DNA of 64,000 nucleotides, taken from the NCBI GenBank assembly GCA_046290225.1, contig JBKAGE010000079.1, forward strand, positions 96,001 through 160,000. The letters are read 5' to 3'. The notes below the pieces were generated by a model that ran no database searches, was not told the origin of the DNA, and worked only from the letters and a program-made list of their open reading frames with translations. This stretch comes from Bradymonadia bacterium. Lineage in GTDB: Bacteria > Myxococcota_A > Bradymonadia > UBA7976 > UBA1532. Positions 9,555 through 20,126 of this stretch are shown in pieces (position 1 is the first letter of the stretch; each line of letters opens with the position of its first letter). The position numbers and the translations under genes were made by a program.

Positions 9555-9841
9555 CTCGATTCTTGATGGCGGCTCTGTCAGTCTCTGACAAGACTACTGG
9601 TGCACCACCGGTGCGCCACGAGAGCGACATGACGCCCAGGTGCTGCCAAAGAGGCCGCCTCAACACCGTCTCGCTCATCCCTTCTCCACCCCGATCAACC
9701 TGAACAGATCAGCGTGGGCGTGCGCACACCAGCGCAAGGGGGTACCAGATGTACACACCATCGCCCCACGCCTGATCCCGAACCCAGGTGGATGCTCATG
9801 CACCCAACATGTTCTGATGTCTCTGCTGTGATGTACCGCGT

Positions 9842-11683
9842 ATGAAGCTCTCACGTTTTGCTCAGCGACGGCGCACTCTGCGCGACACCGACACCTCCCT
9901 CGACACCATCGACGCCCTGGAGCAGGCCATCGGCAACGACACCGATTTGCCCGGGCTGCTCAAGCTGCGGACCACCACCCTGAAGGTCCTCAGCCCCCAG
10001 ACGATCGTGTCGTGTTGGCGGGCCAACCAGGCCCTCGTGGCCCACAAGGCTCACCTGCAGAGCGTCGCCACCCGCCGGCGGACCGAGGGGTTGTCTCAAA
10101 TCCCCTGGGGCTTGCTGCACCTCACGAGTGACGCGCAAGAGGTCTCGATCCTGGAGAAGGCCGACGCCCTGGCCCCTGCGGGCCGTCGGGCTGCGGAGCA
10201 CCGCCGCCGAGATGCGATCAAAGAGGCCTTGATGGTCTACACCGCGTGTCTGGCCATCGCCCGGCGAGACGCGCGACTGCGGGTGGAGCTCACCGCCGAC
10301 GACGAGGAGCTGCTCGAGCAGTTCGGGGCCCTCACCGGCACCACCACCCTCGGGGCCATCGACATCGAGCGCTGGTTGAAGATCCGCGCTGCAGAGGCCG
10401 ACTTCGCCGTGGAGCTGATGGTGGATCTGCCCATCGAGGCCATGGAGGCCCAGGTGGAGGCCCGCCGCGTGGCCCTCGGCCCGCTGGCGAACAACCTCGA
10501 TGCCAGCACGGTGCTCAAGAACTTGATCCTCAAAGACCTCTCCGAGGCGGCCCTGACCGACAAGGATCGCGAGGTCACCGAGCGTCTGCTCGAGCGTGGG
10601 GGGGCGGCCTACCTGCAACTGCTCAGCACGCCGCGTCCGAAGACCGCCATCCTCGCCGGGGTGCACGTGCTCCCCGGCGGCGATCGTCTCGCCGTGGCCA
10701 TCGTGCAGCGCGACGGGCGCCTGCTCGATCAGGGCGTGGTGCCCGTCGGTGACGACGCCATCGCTGCAGTGGAGAAGGTCTTCGGTGAGCACGCCGTAGA
10801 AGGCGTGGCTTGGACGGCCCCCGACGACGAGGGGGAGGCCGAAGCTGCCGTAAGGGCGCAGCTCCGCGGAGGTTTCGCCGCCCTGGAGCGCTTCGAGATC
10901 CTTCACGCTGCCCTCGACGCTGGCGTGGCCGAGATGCAAGAGGAGATCGACGCCGACGCTGCCGCTGCCGTGGTGGTGGCTCGACGGGCCGTGCGGCCGC
11001 TCAAGTACTGGGGTCAGGTCGATCCCCTGGTTTTGGCGCTGCCCGAGTACCCCGAGAGCATCGAAGACGATGTGCTGCGGAGCGTCCTGCAAGACATGCG
11101 CACTGCTGCCGCTGCCGGTGTACGCATCAGCGATCTCGACACCCCACATCAGCTGCCGCCTCAGATGCGGAGCGCGGGCCCCCGGGTACCGCCGAAGCCG
11201 CTGAACCCGCTCGTGAAGAACGTGCACGATCTGCGGCCGGGCATGGAGGTGGAGGGCATCGTCACCAACATCGCCAACTTCGGCGCCTTCGTGAACATCG
11301 GCCTCTCCCACGAGGGCCTCATTCACATCAGCGAGCTCGCCGAGCACTACGTCAAGGATCCGAACGAGGTGGTGAAGGTGAACCAGCAGATCAAGGCCCG
11401 AGTGTTGGGGGTGGATCCCAGCCGTGGCCGCATCTCGCTGTCGCTCAAGCCCGATCGTCTGTCGATGCCCGTGCCGGCTCCCCGCATGGAGGCGCCAAGC
11501 CGGGAAGGAGCGGCCCCTGGCCAGCCCAAGCAGCGGGTGCGCCTCGATGACATCCCCGGCCGGGGTCGGCCCCGTGGCGGCGGCTTCCGCCCTGGCGGTG
11601 ACGCCCCCCACAAGCCCGCCACGGGCGCCAACCGGGATCGCGCCCTCGCTGATCTCGAGGCGCTCTTCAAGAAGAACGACTGA
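9842..11683 (+). CDS. Divergent Tex-like protein with intact C-terminal S1 RNA-binding domain
   Basis: DLRPGMEVEGIVTNIANFGAFVNIG..EGLIHISEL (Tex-type S1); eroded YqgF-like segment LAVAIVQRDGRLLDQ. Confidence 0.75.
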   Translation: MKLSRFAQRRRTLRDTDTSLDTIDALEQAIGNDTDLPGLLKLRTTTLKVLSPQTIVSCWRANQALVAHKAHLQSVATRRRTEGLSQIPWGLLHLTSDAQEVSILEKADALAPAGRRAAEHRRRDAIKEALMVYTACLAIARRDARLRVELTADDEELLEQFGALTGTTTLGAIDIERWLKIRAAEADFAVELMVDLPIEAMEAQVEARRVALGPLANNLDASTVLKNLILKDLSEAALTDKDREVTERLLERGGAAYLQLLSTPRPKTAILAGVHVLPGGDRLAVAIVQRDGRLLDQGVVPVGDDAIAAVEKVFGEHAVEGVAWTAPDDEGEAEAAVRAQLRGGFAALERFEILHAALDAGVAEMQEEIDADAAAAVVVARRAVRPLKYWGQVDPLVLALPEYPESIEDDVLRSVLQDMRTAAAAGVRISDLDTPHQLPPQMRSAGPRVPPKPLNPLVKNVHDLRPGMEVEGIVTNIANFGAFVNIGLSHEGLIHISELAEHYVKDPNEVVKVNQQIKARVLGVDPSRGRISLSLKPDRLSMPVPAPRMEAPSREGAAPGQPKQRVRLDDIPGRGRPRGGGFRPGGDAPHKPATGANRDRALADLEALFKKND

Positions 11684-11700
11684 GGCACCGGTCAGGCACC

Positions 11701-12366
11701 TCACTCACCCCCGTACCACACCGCTTCGATGCCCAGGCTCACCGAGCTCAAGGTGACGTCGCTCCCGCTCTGAGGGGGCGTCCAGTTGAGCCGCAGTGAA
11801 GGGGCCAGCGTCAGGCCCTCTCGATCTGGCCCGCTCACGTCGAACTCGTAGAGGGCGCCGAACATGTACATCGTGCCGCCACCGCTCCCAGTGGGATCAC
11901 CCTCTGCCTCTGCCGTGAGCCCGCCGCCGCCGAGGCCGACGCCGCCGATGAGCAGCAGCTCTGGTGTGCTGGCGGGCAGGGGGCGCAGACCGCCATGGAG
12001 CAACAGGCCGCCGAGGCTCGCGGAGTAGCCTTCACCGTTGCCGAAGGTGCCGCCGATCTCGAAGCCCACGAGGCCCCACTCCACGATCTCTTCACCGAAG
12101 CGCAGGGTGAAGCTACTTCCAGTGAAGCTGCCTTGAGAGACGCCGTCTTCATCTGTGGCCGCCCCGATGGCGAAGCCGGTCATCAGCGAGAAGAAAGCAC
12201 CCCGTGCGGGCCCTTCTTCTGCCGGGGGCTCGACATCGGTGTCTGCCGGTGGGGTCGAGGTGGCCTCGGAGACCGTCTGGCTGTGGGCGGTGCTGGTGGC
12301 GAGCAGGCTCCCGAAACCCCACAGCGTGAGGAAAGAAGCGCGGGCGATGAGGGGGCGTGTATACAT
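11701..12366 (-). CDS. Exported protein, probable small outer-membrane beta-barrel
   Basis: Signal peptide ending TAHS; Gly/aromatic alternating strands; terminal strand LGIEAVWY. Confidence 0.6.
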   Translation of the reverse strand: MYTRPLIARASFLTLWGFGSLLATSTAHSQTVSEATSTPPADTDVEPPAEEGPARGAFFSLMTGFAIGAATDEDGVSQGSFTGSSFTLRFGEEIVEWGLVGFEIGGTFGNGEGYSASLGGLLLHGGLRPLPASTPELLLIGGVGLGGGGLTAEAEGDPTGSGGGTMYMFGALYEFDVSGPDREGLTLAPSLRLNWTPPQSGSDVTLSSVSLGIEAVWYGGE

Positions 12367-12425
12367 GCCTTCTCCGGCGATGAATTCCTTGGGCGGCAGT
12401 ATGGCCTGCCCGGCAAGGCCGTGCG

Positions 12426-12835
12426 ATGCGTAAAATCACGTTGAGCAGGCGCTCGGCGCTCATCATAACGAGCATCGTGGCCCTGGACGCGTTTCAGGGC
12501 ACGGTGATGGTGGTCTGGCCTGCCCTCTGGCACGAATGGTCCCATCCTCACCTCACCGCCCCGGCCCTGTTCACGTGGCAGTACCTCGGCGCCCTCCTGC
12601 TGGCGCGGTCGTGCTGCTTGACATGGCTCTGGCGGCGACGCAGAAGCATCCCCGCTGCTCTGTGGTGGGTGGAGTGCCCTGCCAACCTGCTCCTCGCCTG
12701 GCGTATGAGCGCCGTCGCAGGTTGGACTTGGGCGTTCTATCTCGGCCGGAGCGTGGCGATGTTGCTGGTGGGCTGGTTCCTTGGCACCCTCGCCGGCATT
12801 CACGTACGAGAGCGAACAACACAGGAGAATCGAAC

Positions 12836-12839
<4 letters not shown>
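12426..12839 (+). CDS. Hypothetical Trp-rich membrane protein
   Basis: About 4 hydrophobic segments; stop overlaps ino1 start (ATGA). Confidence 0.55.
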
Positions 12840-14158
<1,319 letters not shown>

Positions 14159-14178
14159 GAGGCTCTCACACAGCAGCT

Positions 14179-14195
14179 CGGAGCGCCTCGCTCCG
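14179..14195. terminator. Hairpin between convergent ino1 and wecA-like genes
   Basis: CGGAGCG-CCT-CGCTCCG; no U-tract. Confidence 0.35.
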
Positions 14196-14252
14196 GCTTC
14201 ATCCACCTGCCCAGGGGCCACTTGTTTGAGAAGTGGCAGCCTCGATCCTGAC

Positions 14253-15845
14253 CTATCCCAGACGTCGTCGAGTCGTGCTCACCTGGAAGCTCTTACCCAG
14301 GCGTCGAGCCAGAGCAGCGTGAATCTGCTCCATGATCGACTCTTCTTCGGGCTTCAGCTGAGTGCGGCCGTCGTTGTAGCGGTAGGAGATGCGACCCAGG
14401 CGACCCTGAGGGCTGCGCAGGTCGAAGGTGATCTCCAGGCCTTGCTCCGAAGAGGTGGCCCGTGCTTGCCCAGGCACCCCAGGCAGAGTCTGCTCGCTGT
14501 GTGCCGCTGGCCGGGGAGTGGCCGAGCGGCTCCACTCCAGGCGGCGGTTCACCGTGGGATCAATCCCCTCAGGCACCGGCGTCAGCGCCGAGGCCTTGTG
14601 CACCTCGGGGCCCTCGGGACCGTACAGCTCCAGACGCACCTCGTCGTAGTTGTGCAGCTGGTGGATGCGATCGAGCAGCGAGAACAGCTCGTCGACGTCT
14701 TCAGCGGCCTGAATCGACGAGGTCACGGCCTGCACCCGATCACGCACGCCGCGGCGTCGCTGACGCTCTTCTCGACCCTCGTGGTATTGCGTGGCCCAGG
14801 TCTCGTAGCGGATGTAGCCGAGCCGGCGGGCGAAGAGCAGAGCCACCACCGTGAAGCCCCCGAGGATGTAGACGCTCAGGCGGCCGTAGGTGAACACCAC
14901 CCCCATGGCGGAGAGGCAGGCGAGCAGACAGAAGCTCCACAGCGCCAGCACCGCCCTGCGGTGGGTGAGCCCCATCTTCAAGAGGCGGTGGTGCATGTGA
15001 TCCATGTCGGCGGAGAAGGGGCTCTTGCCACGGAGCATGCGCCGGAAGGCTGCGAGGGTGGTGTCGATGAGGGGCAGGCCCAGGGTGAGGACCGGGATCA
15101 ACAACGCCACCGTGGTGCTCGACTTGGTGTTGGTCATCAAGCTGACAGCAGCGACGAGGAACCCGATGAAGAGGCTGCCGGCGTCGCCCATGAAGATGGT
15201 GGCGGGGTGGAAGTTGTGGAACAGGAACCCCGAGAGGGCCCCAGCGAGGGCCGCGGTGACCAGCCCCATGACGATGTGGCCGTTGAACACCGCCATGACG
15301 CACATGGTGGTCACCGAGAACAGGGCCACGCCGGCGGCGAGGCCGTCGAGGCCGTCGATGAGGTTGATGGCGTTGGTCACCCCCACCACCCAGATCACCG
15401 TGAGCACGTAGCCGAAGGCGCCTACGTGGATGGAGCCGCCCCACGGCAGGGCGATGTCGGTGAAGGTGAAGTCGAGGGCGCAGAGCAACAGCGCTGCGGG
15501 GATCTGCACCGCGAGCTTGAGGCGGGCGTCGGCCCCGTGGATGTCGTCGTAGACGCCCAAACCCAGCATCATCAGCCCGCCGATGGCCAGGGCCAGCACG
15601 CGGTTGATGTCTTCGCTGAAGATGCGAGCCACCTGAGTCTCCAGGAGCAGCAGCATCGTCAGGGACAAGAAGAAACCCAAGGCGATGGCCAGGCCACCGA
15701 GCCTCGGGGTCACCCGGGTGTGCACCCGCCGCGCCCGCTCGGGGCGATCGACGGCCCCCCACGCCACGGCCTTTCGCCGGATGAAGGGCACGCTGAAGGC
15801 GGCCACCAGCAGCGAGCACACAAAGGCGAGGGAGATCGAGATCAT
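14253..15845 (-). CDS. MraY/WecA-family undecaprenyl-phosphate GlcNAc-1-phosphate transferase with long C-terminal extension
   Basis: TPRLGGLAI, GVYDD, NAINLIDGLDGLAAG, IFMGDAGS, DMDHMHHRL; about 180 extra soluble residues. Confidence 0.9.
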   Translation of the reverse strand: MISISLAFVCSLLVAAFSVPFIRRKAVAWGAVDRPERARRVHTRVTPRLGGLAIALGFFLSLTMLLLLETQVARIFSEDINRVLALAIGGLMMLGLGVYDDIHGADARLKLAVQIPAALLLCALDFTFTDIALPWGGSIHVGAFGYVLTVIWVVGVTNAINLIDGLDGLAAGVALFSVTTMCVMAVFNGHIVMGLVTAALAGALSGFLFHNFHPATIFMGDAGSLFIGFLVAAVSLMTNTKSSTTVALLIPVLTLGLPLIDTTLAAFRRMLRGKSPFSADMDHMHHRLLKMGLTHRRAVLALWSFCLLACLSAMGVVFTYGRLSVYILGGFTVVALLFARRLGYIRYETWATQYHEGREERQRRRGVRDRVQAVTSSIQAAEDVDELFSLLDRIHQLHNYDEVRLELYGPEGPEVHKASALTPVPEGIDPTVNRRLEWSRSATPRPAAHSEQTLPGVPGQARATSSEQGLEITFDLRSPQGRLGRISYRYNDGRTQLKPEEESIMEQIHAALARRLGKSFQVSTTRRRLG

Positions 15846-17071
15846 CGAAGCTGCTCCACCAGCTCGACGAAGCGGGCACAGGCAGAGGACCGATCGAAGC
15901 GGGCCATGAAGTCGGCTCGGGCCTTCTGCCCCATCTGTGTCCGGAGATCGTCGTCCCAGGACAACGTGAGCAGGGCTTCGACCATGGCAGGGCCGTCATC
16001 GGCTCTCACCTGGAACCCGCAGGCTGTATCGCGGACGATGTCGGCGGCTTCACCTTCGCCTGGACCAGCGAGGAGCACCGCGCGGCCGGCGGCCATGGCG
16101 CCATAGAGCTTCGAGGGCACCATGAGGCCCGAGACCTGGTCGTCCATGCACACGAGGTGCACGTCCGCGGCGGTGAGCATCTCCGGCAGCTTCTCGCGGT
16201 CCTGGTAGGGCAGGAACTTGATGCGGGCCCCGCCCTCGATGGCTCGGGCGGCCATGGCCTCGACCTCGTGCTTCCGGTTGCCTTCACCGATGAAGCCGAA
16301 GCAGAGCCGCGAGCCTTCAGGGTGCCCGGCGAGGGTGTTGAGGGCGTGGTCGACGGCGGTGAAGTTGTGGGCCATGCCCATGTTGCCCGCGTACATGATC
16401 AACACGTCGTCGGGGCTGGCACCGAGCAGTCGGCGGAAGGCGTTCTCTGCCCTGGGCGGGCTCTTGGCCGGATCGATGGCGCTGCCGTCGGACCAGTTGT
16501 GGATGATCACAGGGGCAGAAGCACCGCGAGCGCTGAGCACCTCGGCCATACGCTCACCGATGGAGACCACCGCTGCCGATCGGCCCAGAAGGTGTCGAGA
16601 GGCCTGGTCGAGGGCCTTCGCCGCCACGCTGTCCGCTTGAAGCACGCCCAGGGCCACCGCCATGTCGGGGTAGACGTCCTGGCACCAGTAAATCATGGGG
16701 GCCCGCCGCAATCGAGCGGCGTAGAGGCCTGCCAGCGCCACCATCGGGGGGGTGGAGAGGCAGATGAAGACGTCAGGGGCCTTCACGGTGAGCAGCGCCC
16801 CGGCGGCGAGGCCGTAGAACGAGGCATAATCGGTCAGCCGCAGGAGCTTGTTGCCCTTGCCAAACGAGGTGGCGGGCAGCCGTACGATGTCGACCCCGTT
16901 GTGGTGGGCCCGGGCGGATAGCCGGGGTGCATCACCCACGTAGTCGCCCTGGCTGCAGATGACCGTCACCTGGTGCCCTGCCTGCACGAGGGCCTCGCAC
17001 AGATCAGCGGACAGCTGCGCTGTAGCGGCCACAGAAGGCCAGTAGAACTGGTTGAGCAGGACGATGTGCAC
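15842..17071 (-). CDS. Glycosyltransferase family 4 (WbuB/WcaI-like)
   Basis: NQFYWP, STPP, QDVYPD, YAGNMGMAH, VPSKLYGAMAAG; GTG start with GGAGG upstream; ATGA overlap with wecA-like gene. Confidence 0.9.
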   Translation of the reverse strand: MHIVLLNQFYWPSVAATAQLSADLCEALVQAGHQVTVICSQGDYVGDAPRLSARAHHNGVDIVRLPATSFGKGNKLLRLTDYASFYGLAAGALLTVKAPDVFICLSTPPMVALAGLYAARLRRAPMIYWCQDVYPDMAVALGVLQADSVAAKALDQASRHLLGRSAAVVSIGERMAEVLSARGASAPVIIHNWSDGSAIDPAKSPPRAENAFRRLLGASPDDVLIMYAGNMGMAHNFTAVDHALNTLAGHPEGSRLCFGFIGEGNRKHEVEAMAARAIEGGARIKFLPYQDREKLPEMLTAADVHLVCMDDQVSGLMVPSKLYGAMAAGRAVLLAGPGEGEAADIVRDTACGFQVRADDGPAMVEALLTLSWDDDLRTQMGQKARADFMARFDRSSACARFVELVEQLR

Positions 17072-17250
17072 GGTCTGACTCTGCCTCCGCTCCCCCTGGG
17101 TGAATTGGGTTCGGGTGTCGCGCCTTATGGGGCGAAACGGCCAACACACGCTGGCCCTTGAGGCGAACCGGGACGGCGGATGGCACCATGTGCCCGTTCA
17201 TCCGTCAAGTCGACGCCATCTGTACAGAGCCCTCGAGGCGCTCAAGTGTC

Positions 17251-18258
17251 TCATCCGCTTCGAGAAAGTCTCTTTTTCAAAGACACTGGGTGCTGGGGAA
17301 TGCGGGTCAGCTCGAAAGCCCCCGTGAGCACGTCGAGATCAGAGGTGGCCGGCAGGCCGGAGATCTCAGCGAGGGCCTGGACCACCTCGGCGGCCTCGAC
17401 GCCTTCTGACCTGAGGGCGGTGAGACCCACGGCGCGATCGCGTTTGGCGAGGCGGGTGCCATCGGGTCCGAGGACGAGGCCCGGGTGGGCATATCGAGGT
17501 CGGGGCAGCCCGAGTATGTCGAGGATGATGAGCTGTCGGGCGGTGGAGGGGAGGAGATCGTCGCCGCGGAGCACCTGGGTGCAACCCATGAGGTGATCGT
17601 CGAGGGCGCAGGCGAGCTGATAGGCGGCGATGCCATCTACTCTGCGCACCACGAAGTCGCCCATGTGGCTGCGGACGTCGTAGGCCACGTCACCGGCGAT
17701 GAGATCGGGCACCACCACAGGGCCGGGGTTGCCCAGGCGGTCGAGGGCGAGGCCCACGTCGAGACGGATGGCGGGCCGGCGGCCGTTGTGATCAGGCAGG
17801 GCGTCGAAGTCACCGAGAGAGGCGCCCACGGGCGTCTTGTGGCGGCAGGTCCCTGGGTAGACCGGCCCCTCGTCAGAGGCGTGGGGGGCCCGGGCTGCTT
17901 CTCTCACCTCTCTGCGGGAGCACCAGCACGGGTAGAGCAGCCCCAGCTCATCGAGCCGAGTGAGGGCTTCGCGATAGAGGGCGCTCCGCTCCGACTGCCG
18001 ATATGGGCCCACGGGGCCGCCGAGGGTGGGGGACTCATCGTACGTCAGGCCCATCCACTGGAGATCGGCATATTGCCCTTCGAGGCAGCCAGCAGGGATC
18101 GCTCGGGGATCGAGATCTTCGACGCGGAGCACGTTGCGCAGGCCTGAGGCCCGGGCCCAGAGCCACGCCAGCAGGGCGGTGCGGGCGTTGCCCAGGTGAA
18201 GCGGACCTGTGGGCGTAGGGGCGAAGCGGCCGGCGCCCTTGAAGGCAGGGTCGATCAC
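17251..18258 (-). CDS. gluQ: Glutamyl-Q tRNA(Asp) synthetase
   Basis: RFAPTPTGPLHLGN, LRVEDLD, YPCWCSR..YPGTCR, AYQLA..LDD, RLAKRD; no anticodon-binding domain. Confidence 0.88.
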   Translation of the reverse strand: MIDPAFKGAGRFAPTPTGPLHLGNARTALLAWLWARASGLRNVLRVEDLDPRAIPAGCLEGQYADLQWMGLTYDESPTLGGPVGPYRQSERSALYREALTRLDELGLLYPCWCSRREVREAARAPHASDEGPVYPGTCRHKTPVGASLGDFDALPDHNGRRPAIRLDVGLALDRLGNPGPVVVPDLIAGDVAYDVRSHMGDFVVRRVDGIAAYQLACALDDHLMGCTQVLRGDDLLPSTARQLIILDILGLPRPRYAHPGLVLGPDGTRLAKRDRAVGLTALRSEGVEAAEVVQALAEISGLPATSDLDVLTGAFELTRIPQHPVSLKKRLSRSG

Positions 18259-20006
18259 ACCAGCGCCACCCACACACCCACCGCAGCGGCGACGACACCG
18301 ATGACCACCCCAGCCATGAGCAGCAACATCTTGCGATCAGGCCGACGGCGTTGGCGAATCGTGTTCCGTGGGGGCGGGGGCTCGTCGTGGGCGTCGAGGG
18401 GGCCACCTTCGGTGGTGGCGATGGGCAGGGGCACCGGGTGGCCCTCCACCGCAGGCGAAGGGGCCGGATCAGTGGCCTCGTCGATGGGGGCGCGGTTGAG
18501 GATCGACTGAGGGATCGCGAGATCGTCGGCAGAGGCCACGATGGTGGCTGCCGCCGAGTGCGCTGGCTCGGGCTCGAGATCGCCGGGTTGAGTCGCCACC
18601 GCATCGGCCACGGGAACCGTGGGTGGCAGCTCGTTGGAGACCTGAGTGTCGACGATGCCTGGAGGCACCGGCGGGACGGGCACCTTGGGCAGGCCCGACT
18701 GTGTGTTGCGCACGGGGATGCCGCGCTGAACCGCCCGGGCCTGAGGCCGCTGAGGAGGCTGAAGCGCACCGGGGCTCGATGTCGCTGCAGGGGCTGGTGT
18801 CGGCGCGAACTGAGGCGGCTCGAAGTCCACCGGCAGCTGGTACGTGTCGTCGGCGAGCTCGGGGACCGGAGAGCCAGAGCCCACGACAGAAGGTGTGGCG
18901 GTGCCAGTCACCATGAAGGCCGGCGCGCTCCCCGCATCCGTCACCGCGGACTGGTCGAAATCATCGGTCGATTCGGAGAACGATCCTGGAGGCGGCGCTG
19001 CAAGCAGGTCGTCCGACGTGTTGGGATCGGGTTCGACCGCCGGAGAGACCGCCGTCACCAGAGGGCTCACAGCGGTCGGTCCACCGGCAGGCATGGGCAC
19101 CGCAGGCATACCACCTGTCGTTCTGGGGATGGCGGGCATGCGCTGGCGGAGCACCTGCACCGAGGCCAGCATGGAGCGGGCGTCGGGGAATCGCTGGGCA
19201 GGATCAGGGTGCGCCGCCCGGGCGATGGACTGGGCCAGCAAGGGGGGCACCTGCTCTCCGCCGGCGGTGATCTCCAGGGCTGGACGTTGCTGGTGCAAAT
19301 GCGCCTTGCACACGTCGATGGGGTTGCCCCGCTGGATGAAGTGGTCGCCGGTGACGAGCCAGTAACCGATGAGACCCACGGCGTAGAGGTCGGTCCTGCC
19401 GTCGACCTGTCGACGGAGCCACTGCTCGGGAGCCATGAAGCGTGGGCTGCCGAAGACCTGGCCGTTCACCGTGAGCGCGGTGGCGGCCTCGTCGGAGACC
19501 AGCTTGGTGAGGCCGAAGTCGATGACCTTCACCACGGGCCTGCCGTCTCTGATCTGCACCAGCAGGTTGCCGGGCTTGAGATCACGGTGGACCACCCCGC
19601 GATCGTGGCAGGTGGCCAGGGCGTCGAGGGCCTGACACAGCAGCTCGATGATCTCGTCGACGGTGAACTTGCGGACCTCGAGCAGCTTCTGGAGGCTCAC
19701 GCCGTCCACCCGCTCCATGACCATGGCGGGGGTGCCGTCATCGAGGATGTCGTAATCGAGCAGGGTGACGAGGTTGGGATGCACCAGGGCGGCGATGGCC
19801 TTGGCCTCGCGCTGGAACCGTCGGCCCATGTCGGTCTGTTGAAACGACGAGCCCTTGTGCTGCAACACTTTGATGGCCACATGGCGACCGAGGCGTTGAT
19901 CTTCCGCTTCGTACACCACCCCCATGCCTCCAGAGCCGAGCACGCCCACCACCCGGTAGCGGTCGAGGAGCACCTCGCCTACACGGCTGTCGCTGGAGTT
20001 GTACAT
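18255..20006 (-). CDS. Hanks-type Ser/Thr protein kinase with C-terminal membrane anchor
   Basis: GSGGMG, VAIK, HRDLKPGN, DFG, GSPRFMAPE; Pro-rich linker; terminal TM helix. Confidence 0.95.
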   Translation of the reverse strand: MYNSSDSRVGEVLLDRYRVVGVLGSGGMGVVYEAEDQRLGRHVAIKVLQHKGSSFQQTDMGRRFQREAKAIAALVHPNLVTLLDYDILDDGTPAMVMERVDGVSLQKLLEVRKFTVDEIIELLCQALDALATCHDRGVVHRDLKPGNLLVQIRDGRPVVKVIDFGLTKLVSDEAATALTVNGQVFGSPRFMAPEQWLRRQVDGRTDLYAVGLIGYWLVTGDHFIQRGNPIDVCKAHLHQQRPALEITAGGEQVPPLLAQSIARAAHPDPAQRFPDARSMLASVQVLRQRMPAIPRTTGGMPAVPMPAGGPTAVSPLVTAVSPAVEPDPNTSDDLLAAPPPGSFSESTDDFDQSAVTDAGSAPAFMVTGTATPSVVGSGSPVPELADDTYQLPVDFEPPQFAPTPAPAATSSPGALQPPQRPQARAVQRGIPVRNTQSGLPKVPVPPVPPGIVDTQVSNELPPTVPVADAVATQPGDLEPEPAHSAAATIVASADDLAIPQSILNRAPIDEATDPAPSPAVEGHPVPLPIATTEGGPLDAHDEPPPPRNTIRQRRRPDRKMLLLMAGVVIGVVAAAVGVWVALV

Positions 20007-20126
20007 CGTGGGAGTGCACCGCCTCTGAACAGGTCAGACTGAGCCATTGATCTGCTGAACACTGGCGACGGTACACCACCACAGTCCACGCGTCGAGTGA
20101 ACCGCAGAGAGGATCTCGGCGTGACC

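Noticed and set aside
9851..11704. Long antisense ORFs, also 14226-16106, 18351-20042, 21812-23923, 31079-32857, 35405-37309, 53119-55407 and 61092-62987
   Set aside because: Each lies opposite a motif-supported gene, has no recognisable motif, and is expected from stop-codon scarcity at high GC
17251..18258. gltX call
   Set aside because: Only about 335 aa with no anticodon-binding domain; fits GluQ
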